Shown piece by piece: positions 17,730 to 25,607 of a stretch of DNA of 32,000 nt. A program made the position numbers and the translations under genes. A model generated the notes under the pieces. The model was not told the origin of the DNA, made no database searches, and was given only the letters and a program-made list of their open reading frames with translations. This stretch comes from Erysipelothrix larvae (GTDB taxonomy: Bacteria > Bacillota_I > Bacilli_A > Erysipelotrichales > Erysipelotrichaceae). The stretch spans positions 1,890,001 through 1,922,000 of the forward strand of contig NZ_CP013213.1 of assembly GCF_001545095.1 (NCBI RefSeq), read 5' to 3'. Position 1 is the first letter of the stretch, and each line of letters starts with the position of its first letter.

Positions 17730-18079
17730 CGCGTACTTATCAATGCAATTAGTAAACTAAGAGCAAAGGATCAGCGGTCAATTTCCCACATTCTTTCACA
17801 GCCACGAAACAATTTGAAGTATTTCATGAGTATTGTACCACTTAAAACTTATTTTTGGTAAATTTTTTTAATATTATTGAAAATTTATATAGAATAAAGG
17901 GTTGATTTTTTTCTATCATCAGTTTGCGAGATCGAATTTGGATTGATTGTTGAATACGTCGGTCAATTATAGCATGCTGAATCGGTTTAAATTGAACACC
18001 CTCAAGGCTTTAACGCAAGCACCTCCTAACGGATTATCTTGAGCACTCCGTTATTGATTTAAAGGTTATGTAAAAGTTC

Positions 18080-18108
18080 AAAACGAGCATCACTTTAGTG
18101 CTCGTTTT
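18080..18108 (-). terminator. Hairpin terminator downstream of istB
   Basis: aaaacgagca(t)..loop..(g)tgctcgtttt forms a 10-11 bp stem flanked by A-run and T-run. On the minus strand the stem is followed by TTTTG. Confidence 0.5.
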
Positions 18109-18115
18109 GTTTGTC

Positions 18116-18850
18116 CTATTCTCTCAATGAATCTCCATCTATTATAATCTTGTAAGCACTCGGGCTTATCCTATTAATAATTGCATCCGCTAGTATACTT
18201 GAATCTAGTCTTGAGTGCCATTCAGTTGGTTCAAGTTGATAACAAATAATGGTCGACCTATTATTATAGCGATTTTCCAGGATCTTAAATAGTAATGTTT
18301 GTTTTTGATCGGTTAGTGAACTGATTAGAAAATCATCAAATATCAACACGTCAAACTTCGTATATTTTCCGATGACTCTTTCCGCACTGCTATAAACTAA
18401 TTGCTCACGATGACATTCGTCAAGGAACTCGTATAGCCTACAGTATCTAGCGCTATAGTATCCTTCTCATGCATTATTTCCCAATGCATTAGCTAAGTAT
18501 GATTTTCCTGTTCCACATGCACCAAGAATGACAACATTTCTCATCCTTTGGATATAGTCATTCGTTGTTAGTTGATCAATAACAGCTTTATCTAGATTGC
18601 GTGTTGGTTTATAATCAAGATTTTCAAGTCTTGCTGATGGTTGTAACAATTTAGCGCTTTTCTTCATTCGAATAACAATATTATTTTTCCGAGATATATA
18701 TTCGGAACGAATTATATTTTCGATTGTTATCAGTGGCTCTTCACTGGATAATTCTCCTGTCTCCATAGATAGAAACAACTGTTCGTCCATTTCTGGCAAT
18801 CTCATTTCACGCGTCATCTTTGTGATTCCTAGTAGCTTCTCTTTATTCAT
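18116..18850 (-). pseudogene. istB: istB-like AAA+ ATPase helper of IS21, interrupted by one in-frame TGA (18467-18469)
   Basis: Walker A VILGACGTGKSYLANALG and Walker B VLIFDDF. The 127-aa and 77-aa ORFs are in the same frame: ..ALGNNA*EGYYSARYCRLYEFLDECHREQLVYSSAERVIGKYTKFDVLIFDDF... RBS AAGAGGAG lies upstream of ATG 18850. Confidence 0.8.
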
Positions 18851-18940
18851 AATAATTTACTCCTCTTAAAAATTTAAATGGTTTAGATTCTTCTTTTTAA
18901 AGTCTTCATACCCAATGTCTTAATTATTGTTCAAAATGTT

Positions 18941-20082
18941 TTAATAATGGAGTAGTTGAGGCTTTTTAGGTGTCTCAACGCAAGCTTGCAGGCATTTTTC
19001 TAGTCTCTCATTAGTGAATTTGTCTGCTAGCTTGAGTAATGAATGGACCGCTTTATATTGTTCTTGTTCGACCGTGCTTCGGGAAAAGAAACGTTGTACA
19101 ACCTCGAATGTATTCGGTCCTTTTTGTTTCGCCCAATTCTGATATCGGGTTTTATTCCACTCATTGTGGGCATTACTATTGGGGGCATGTGGTCTGGGAA
19201 GGTAGAATATCGCATACTATCCTGATCATGTTTCAATTTATGCTCACAAAGCAGTAATAAATCACTATACACTTGAATTGTCTCTTTCGTGATTCTCAGT
19301 TTTACAAGTTGCCCAATATAAGCGTGCAGAACTGAATAATAGTGTTTTCGAAACGCGATGTGACTGTTACTTTGTACTTTAGCTTGTTCCATACAGAGAC
19401 TTCAAACCTATAATTTTGTAATAGTTTTAAATAGTTTTTCTCTACGTTATTAAACACATCGTACCGTCACCCATTTTTCTTTTGGTGAGGTCTTCTATTA
19501 ATCTTGTCAAGTTCAATTGCTATTGTGTCATTTTAGTTGTAGCGCAAGCGAATAAATATTGGGAGGATGGCAAGACCGCTACAAAAAACCACCCATATAA
19601 AATTTCACCAGTAAGTGGATCTTGCCACTGTTGTCACGAACTAGCCCAATCCACTTCTGACTTTTCGCCAGTTTTATGATTGATAACATCTACAAATGTA
19701 CTATTGTATTTGCCAACTGATTAAAGTGAAATTTGAATTGGGTTAGTAAATATGCTTTACTATTGTCTATCCTACATAACTCAACATACTCTTCCTAAAG
19801 TAATTGCATGGTCACCTCCTTTCGTGTAAGTTCTTTTTCCAATTTTATACAATAATCTGGCATTTCGTAAGAACCATCGGTATTTCTTTTCTTCTGAAAA
19901 TGAACAACTAGATCTTCATCAGACATTTCCTAAGACTGTTGATATATTAATGGGCACGCATCCTTTATGTTAACCACTTTAGTTACTATATTCCTTGATA
20001 TTCCTAACACTTCCGATATTCTTTTGTTTGAGACCTCCTTTCCTTTTAATCGTTCTATACTTCTGTTGTAATTAATGAGCAT
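18941..20082 (-). pseudogene. istA: istA-like IS21 transposase, multiply disrupted by nonsense codons and frameshifts
   Basis: N-terminal HTH MLINYNRSIERLKGKEVSNKRISEVLGISRNIVTKVV, with AGGAGGTG RBS. ..TMQLL*EEY.. carries TAG 19795-19797. The DDE region HKTGEKSEVDWASS*QQWQDPLTGEILYGWFFVAVLPSS is in another frame. The C-terminal pieces ..FRKHYYSVLHAYIGQLVKLRIT..STFPDHMP and WAKQKGPNTFEVVQRFFSRSTVEQEQYKAVHSLLKLADKF are in two different frames. Confidence 0.75.
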
Positions 20083-20233
20083 AATTGCACCTCCTATTCC
20101 AGCATAAGAAAATGCTGCACTTTGCATTAGTTGCGCAACATAAAATCTAATCAATTTATTGAATTATATTTAAAGGTTTTGGGTGCTCAAGATAAAGCGA
20201 CGCAAGGTGCTCATTTTGACGTTGTTTGCACCT

Positions 20234-20303
20234 ATACTGGATATGCTTTAATCTACTCGTACAACTCTTACCTTGGTTAATGCGACCATGACTGTGTCTT
20301 AAC
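20234..20303. repeat. Copy 2 of the ~70-90 bp direct repeat (copy 1 at 17661..17729)
   Basis: See copy 1. The similarity begins about 20 nt outside the IS21 relic end. Confidence 0.85.
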
Positions 20304-20546
20304 AAGTGTTCTTATCATGGTTGTCTTAAGACTTTTTGGGGGGGTAATCTACACCGTATTTTCTTGGAGCGAAGCATGGTATTCAAGAAATCATTGACAT
20401 TAACACAAGTATGCAATAGCTCTAATAGTATTAAACATTTTATTATCTAAATCATATGGTTACCCACTGACTTAGATGTCAACGTAGAATCTTGCCTACA
20501 TTTTAAAATGAAAAACAGATAAGAGTTGTCATGAAAGCCTGATTTT

Positions 20547-21800
20547 TTACACAGGTTTTTTTAATTTTTTCCTGTTCTCTTTCAAATAAATCATATTTAA
20601 TCCCAAAACAAAGCTGAATAATGGATTCATCATTGATCCCTCGATAAATTGTGAAGCAAAAATAATAAGCAATCCACCATAAAAGCAAATTATGTGTTCT
20701 TTTATCTTTTTTTTATTTCCGATAACAATTGGCTTAATAAAAATAAATAGTATATATGCGATATAAACTAAACCAATAATACCGAGCTCATAAACAAATG
20801 ATACTAAGCCTCCTCTGACTCTTCCACCCCAATATATATCAATTCCTGTTATACTAAGCGTATCAATCAGCCATTGCGGAAGCAATGTATCTGATAAGAT
20901 TGTTGATCCTATACCAAATCCAAGTCCTCTCATGACAATTAATCCACCATAAAATGCTCTTATTGGATTTCCAAGACGAAGTGTTACACCCGCAAATATT
21001 TTAAGTGATGAAGGGTTTTCTAAAAACATTCTAATCAGTATACCAGCCCTACTGTTTGAAAACATTGGAATTTGTAAAAACATAAAACTAAACGCTAACA
21101 TTGAGAGAATTGTTATGATTACATTCTTTATACTCTTCTTATAGAGAATTTCAACTAATAATCTTAATACTAAATAGACACTTAGCCACGCAATTCCCAT
21201 CCCTGATGCAGAGAGAAAAATTAGAAGAATGCAAATTGCAAATACAATTCCATAGTCTTTTGAATTGATTAATTTGTTCATCTTAAAATAATCATTAATA
21301 ATAATCACAAAAACTCCCCACCTTCCTAACCATGCTGGTTCTGGTGCAAGTGCGGTAACCCCTCTATTTCCTGAGCGCCATAAACGATTCATTATTGAAA
21401 TCCCAAAATCTGGGTAAATAAAGTATTGAATGAGTGCTACACAAACCCAGATATAACAAAATATCTTAAGATACTTCCCATCCATCCTATCTTTATACTT
21501 AATTGTTGTGTACGGAATAAAAAATAAACTCCAATATCCTAACAATGACCTAATTCCTTCAATTATGGTAGAAAATCCTGCTAAGAAATAGAAAACAAAT
21601 GAAAATGTCGCTATAAGTGCAATTAGTAAGCTAACAACTAATTGTTTGTTCACCCCAAAATTATTTTCCAGCATTGAATAAATGAAAACAATCATCGAAA
21701 AAATTAATGCCCAAGGTTGTGTATCTACCCCAGTAGAGATTGGTGTAATGTATGGAAAAAAGATTAAAATCATAAATATAAGTCCATATTTTTTTTTCAA
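20547..21800 (-). CDS. wzy: Repeat-unit polymerase, Wzy/EpsG-like polytopic membrane protein (locus B)
   Basis: About 10-12 hydrophobic segments. Loop motif RSGNRGVTALAPEPAWLGRW (R..G....EP, Wzy-like). TTG start with GGGAG 9 nt upstream. It is the last gene of locus B. Confidence 0.55.
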   Translation of the reverse strand: MKKKYGLIFMILIFFPYITPISTGVDTQPWALIFSMIVFIYSMLENNFGVNKQLVVSLLIALIATFSFVFYFLAGFSTIIEGIRSLLGYWSLFFIPYTTIKYKDRMDGKYLKIFCYIWVCVALIQYFIYPDFGISIMNRLWRSGNRGVTALAPEPAWLGRWGVFVIIINDYFKMNKLINSKDYGIVFAICILLIFLSASGMGIAWLSVYLVLRLLVEILYKKSIKNVIITILSMLAFSFMFLQIPMFSNSRAGILIRMFLENPSSLKIFAGVTLRLGNPIRAFYGGLIVMRGLGFGIGSTILSDTLLPQWLIDTLSITGIDIYWGGRVRGGLVSFVYELGIIGLVYIAYILFIFIKPIVIGNKKKIKEHIICFYGGLLIIFASQFIEGSMMNPLFSFVLGLNMIYLKENRKKLKKPV

Positions 21801-22013
21801 TTGTATTGACTCCCATCTTTATATGAATATATTGTGCACAAGTAAAATCTACTAGTATCATAAATAAATGAGAAATAATCAAATATTAATAATTCAGTTA
21901 CTATGATTCTAATGTGAAAATAATTAGCTTTAACGACACATAATTAATTCAAATGTACTATATTGATCACATCTTTCACATTCGATTATATATCAAGTAA
22001 TGTAACTTTGTTC

Positions 22014-23228
22014 TTAACCAACAATTTTCCGATTGTTAATCACATTTTCAAGATCGCTAATCATTCTTAACTTACAATTCTGAATGGTTTCATTCATTAA
22101 TTCTTTATTACTCTTCGCCTCATTTATCATTGTAAAAAAACTGTCATTACTGTTCAAATAACAATATGGCATATTAAATTTTGATAAAGTACCTGGATTT
22201 TTTATTCCCCATGCTTCATCAAAATACCCGACAACTGGTGTCCCCACAGACATAGCTAAAATTATAGAGTGAAGTCTCATACCAACTAAACATTCTGAAT
22301 TTCGATATATCTCTCTTAAAAATAACGGATTATATTCTTCGATTATGCTAATATTACTACTGTTTACTTTATTAAAAATATCTTCGGTAAACTTTTTATC
22401 TTTCTTTGTTTGAATTACTAGAACAATTGAATAACCTCCCTTAATTGCCTGAGAAATAAAAGAAATAATCTTATTTTCAATTTTGTCCCTTTTCTCTTTA
22501 CTTAACTCACCAATGTCACCTATATCCTCTTTCCTTAGTGTTATACAAATCTTTCGATCTAACTTCAAGTAATCATCATACTTCACTTCAAATTCTTTTA
22601 AAACATTTTCTCTATCTCTAATAAAATATGCACTATCTAATGATTCAATAATATTTGCATTATTAAAGGTTTTTTGTAGGCTATTATAGCTAATGTTTTC
22701 TCTTGCAAATACAATTTTTGCATTGTCCATATACTTTTCTAATAACTTTTTCCCTTTTCTATTTATAGTTGTTGTAGATTGTGGAAATAGAGCGTATTGA
22801 ACACCACCTGAAATAGATAATTTTAGTGGAAAAATAAGTGCAAATAATCTAATATAATCAGTAATACTATTGCACCTTAATACATTGCCACCATTTAAAA
22901 CTACAAAATTTGATGAATTTATTTCAGACTTATATTGTCCAAAACATGAATAATATATTAATTTTACAAACCCAAAAGTGTAACTAATCAATGTTTTGAT
23001 TGTTCCATCTCGATTTAAATCGAATGGACCAGGTAACATCTTGACATTCGTATAGTATTCTTTAATATATCTTTCATTAAGTGAATACTCCTCATTATTT
23101 TTTGTGTTCTTGGACATGACAGTTATTTCATATCCAAGACTAGATAGTAAATCAAGACTTCCAACATTAATTGCGAAGTCACCTGCATTTTCCATACTAT
23201 ATTGATATGCAAAAAATATCTTTTTCAT
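22014..23228 (-). CDS. Polysaccharide pyruvyl transferase family protein (CsaB/WcaK-like)
   Basis: N-terminal ..YSMENAGDFAI.. (N.GD motif). C-terminal ..LVGMRLHSIILAMSVGTPVVGY.. (R.H..I.A...G.P motif). RBS AAAGGAG lies 9 nt upstream. Confidence 0.65.
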   Translation of the reverse strand: MKKIFFAYQYSMENAGDFAINVGSLDLLSSLGYEITVMSKNTKNNEEYSLNERYIKEYYTNVKMLPGPFDLNRDGTIKTLISYTFGFVKLIYYSCFGQYKSEINSSNFVVLNGGNVLRCNSITDYIRLFALIFPLKLSISGGVQYALFPQSTTTINRKGKKLLEKYMDNAKIVFARENISYNSLQKTFNNANIIESLDSAYFIRDRENVLKEFEVKYDDYLKLDRKICITLRKEDIGDIGELSKEKRDKIENKIISFISQAIKGGYSIVLVIQTKKDKKFTEDIFNKVNSSNISIIEEYNPLFLREIYRNSECLVGMRLHSIILAMSVGTPVVGYFDEAWGIKNPGTLSKFNMPYCYLNSNDSFFTMINEAKSNKELMNETIQNCKLRMISDLENVINNRKIVG

Positions 23229-23254
23229 TTATTAAACTCCTTTATTAATCTACA

Positions 23255-24355
23255 CTATATTAACCAATCTTCTAGAATATCGGCAATTCTCATACTCGCA
23301 TAACCATCACCATAGGGATTATTTGCTTGACTCATTTTCTTATATTCATTACTATCTTCTATTAGTTCTTTAAAAGCTCCGTAGATAACTTCTTCTTCCG
23401 TCCCTACCAATTTTAAAGTTCCTGCCAACACCCCTTCAGGTCGTTCAGTTGTATCCCTCATTACCAATACAGGTTTTCCTAAACTAGGAGCTTCTTCTTG
23501 AATCCCTCCACTATCTGTTAGTATTAAGTATGATTTGTTTAGAAAATTATGAAAATCTAGTACTTCGAGTGGTTCAATAATTCTTATTCTATCTGAATCA
23601 CCAAGTATTTCTTGGGCTACTTGTCTGACAACTGGATTCATATGAATTGGGTAGATAGCTTTAATGTCAGGATTCTCTTGAATAATTCTCTTAATAGCCC
23701 TAAACATATTTTTCATTGGTTCACCAAGGTTTTCTCTTCTATGCGCAGTAATCATGATAAGTCTGCTATCTGAAGCCCATTCCAAATGCTTATGAAAGTA
23801 ATCATCACGAATCGTTGTATTAAGAGCATCAATAGCAGTATTTCCTGTTATGTGAATACTATTTGGATCCTTACCTTCTTTTATTAGATTATCTTTTGAT
23901 ACAGTTGTCGGTGCAAAATTCAAATCAGCAATTATTCCAACAGCCTGTCTATTAAACTCCTCTGGATATGGAGAGTAAATATTGTATGTTCTTAACCCTG
24001 CCTCTACATGACCAATAGGAATTTGTAGGTAAAAACATGCTAAAGCTGTAGCAAATGTTGTTGATGTATCTCCATGAACTAGAACCATATCAGGGTTGAC
24101 TTTACTGAGTACAACTTTCATTTTCTCAATAATACTGACAGTTACATCAAACAACGTTTGTCCAGCTTTCATTATTGATAGATCGTAATCAGGTACAACA
24201 TCGAAAGCAGTTAATACTTGATCCAACATCTCTCTATGTTGACCAGTCACACAAACAAACGTGTTTATTTTTGTTCTTGATTTAAGTTCTTTAATTAGCG
24301 GACACATTTTTATTGCTTCTGGCCTTGTCCCAAAAACTACCATTACTTTTTTCAT
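23255..24355 (-). CDS. wecB: UDP-N-acetylglucosamine 2-epimerase (non-hydrolysing), locus B copy
   Basis: Same motifs as 2408..3547 (MVVFGTRPEAIKMCPL, VTGQHREMLDQVL, TDSGGIQEEAPSLGKPVLVMRDTTERPE). I prefer ATG 24355 (MKKVMVVFG..). This gives the same 17-nt spacing from the wecC stop as in locus A. The 13 extra codons in the ORF track overlap wecC. Confidence 0.9.
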   Translation of the reverse strand: MKKVMVVFGTRPEAIKMCPLIKELKSRTKINTFVCVTGQHREMLDQVLTAFDVVPDYDLSIMKAGQTLFDVTVSIIEKMKVVLSKVNPDMVLVHGDTSTTFATALACFYLQIPIGHVEAGLRTYNIYSPYPEEFNRQAVGIIADLNFAPTTVSKDNLIKEGKDPNSIHITGNTAIDALNTTIRDDYFHKHLEWASDSRLIMITAHRRENLGEPMKNMFRAIKRIIQENPDIKAIYPIHMNPVVRQVAQEILGDSDRIRIIEPLEVLDFHNFLNKSYLILTDSGGIQEEAPSLGKPVLVMRDTTERPEGVLAGTLKLVGTEEEVIYGAFKELIEDSNEYKKMSQANNPYGDGYASMRIADILEDWLI

Positions 24356-24371
24356 TTTCTCTAATTCCAAT

Positions 24372-25592
24372 CTACAATTTGTATACACCATCAAAATTAC
24401 ATATATTCTTCGTGTCTAGAATTAACTTATCCTTCACTAAACTCATATTTTCTTTGATGTGGTCATGTGCAGTAATAATAACCAAAATTTCAACTTCACT
24501 AATAAAGTCTTCGAAGTTCAAGAATTGATGTTCGACTATTCTTTCGCTAATAAATGGATCATATACTTTAACACCAAAAGCTAAGTGGTCATTCATTTGT
24601 TCTAGTAGTTGAAGTGTGGGACTTTCTCTAGTGTCGTCCACATTTTCCTTATAAGCAAGACCATATATTCCTATTTTTGATATGTCTGAAATACCGTGTT
24701 CTCTCATAATGTCCCTAATTCTTCCAAGCACATAGGTTGGCATTGAATCATTAATTTTTCTTGCAGCTAATATTAAGTTTGTAAGGTCAGGATAATCTCC
24801 CACTAAGAACCAAGGATCTACTGAAATACAATGACCGCCTACGCCCGGACCAGGTTGGAGTATATTAACTCTTGGATGCTTGTTTGCTATTTTTATTATT
24901 TCGTAAACATTCATACCATCAGCTCTACAAATCTTAGCCAATTCATTAGCAAAAGCAATATTGATATCTCTATATGTATTCTCAACTACCTTTGACATTT
25001 CAGCTGACCTAATGTCTGTTACCACAATCTCAGATTTACAGAAACTTTTGTACAATATTTTTACTTTTTCACCAATAGTGATATTATCTGCACCGACAGT
25101 TCGTGAATTGTACTCTAGCTCGTAAATCATATTTCCTGGTATTATTCTCTCCGGTGCATGTACAAGATGTACATCTTTTCCAATAACAATACCTCTTTTT
25201 TCTATTTCAGGTCTAATATATTTATCAATTGATCCTGGTGATACCGTTGATTCAACTATTATAATCGAACCAGGTTCACATACATCAAGAACTCTATTTA
25301 CTGCAGAGATTACATATTTTGCATCTAACTTCTTGCTTGAACTCATATAAGGAGTGGGAACCGCGATTATGTAGGTATCTGTTTTTTGATATTCAGTAGT
25401 AAACGTAATACCATTTTCAACTGCTTGACTAAATAAATCTTGTAATCCATTTTCTTCAAATGTTAACTCCCCCTTTGAGAGACAACTCACTAATTTCTCA
25501 TTAAGATCTGTTCCAACAACTTCGATTCCACTCTTGGAGAACATTAGCGCTGTGGGAAGACCAATATAACCAAGTCCAATAATATTTATCAT
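24372..25592 (-). CDS. wecC: UDP-N-acetyl-D-mannosamine 6-dehydrogenase, locus B copy
   Basis: MINIIGLGYIGLPTALMFS.., GGHCISVDPWF. It is collinear over its full length with 3565..4785; by eye about three quarters of residues are identical. RBS AAGGAAGG. Confidence 0.88.
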   Translation of the reverse strand: MINIIGLGYIGLPTALMFSKSGIEVVGTDLNEKLVSCLSKGELTFEENGLQDLFSQAVENGITFTTEYQKTDTYIIAVPTPYMSSSKKLDAKYVISAVNRVLDVCEPGSIIIVESTVSPGSIDKYIRPEIEKRGIVIGKDVHLVHAPERIIPGNMIYELEYNSRTVGADNITIGEKVKILYKSFCKSEIVVTDIRSAEMSKVVENTYRDINIAFANELAKICRADGMNVYEIIKIANKHPRVNILQPGPGVGGHCISVDPWFLVGDYPDLTNLILAARKINDSMPTYVLGRIRDIMREHGISDISKIGIYGLAYKENVDDTRESPTLQLLEQMNDHLAFGVKVYDPFISERIVEHQFLNFEDFISEVEILVIITAHDHIKENMSLVKDKLILDTKNICNFDGVYKL

Positions 25593-25607
25593 TTTTATAC
25601 CTTCCTT

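Larger units (their letters stand above)
18016..20213 (-). mobile_element. Degenerate IS21-family insertion sequence (istA + istB pseudogenes); ends approximate (+/- 20 bp)
   Basis: istA-like and istB-like reading frames in the canonical order. Imperfect terminal inverted repeat: 18018-18046 (agcacct-N9-ttatcttgagcac) matches the reverse complement of 20183-20211. The GTGCTCA motif occurs more than once near the istA-proximal end. Possible 7-bp target duplication: TTTAACG (18009-18015) / TTTGACG (20215-20221), with one mismatch. Confidence 0.7.

Noticed and set aside
18467-18469. An in-frame TGA in istB might mean TGA=Trp (genetic code 4, Mollicutes-like), which would make istB intact.
   Set aside because: TGA clearly terminates several well-supported genes here, often in ATGA overlaps with the next start. 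Examples are the stops at 8751, 9970, 14568, 27461 and 30334. No long conserved ORF contains an internal TGA. Standard code 11 applies, and the TGA is a nonsense mutation.
20394-20430. Good -35-like TTGACA (20394-20399), with possible -10-like elements on the plus strand downstream of it, between the repeat copy and the wzy-B 3' end.
   Set aside because: It would fire into the 3' end of the convergent wzy-B gene with nothing to express. The -10 candidates (TAGCTC / TAATAG) are weak. In AT-rich DNA this is likely a chance match.
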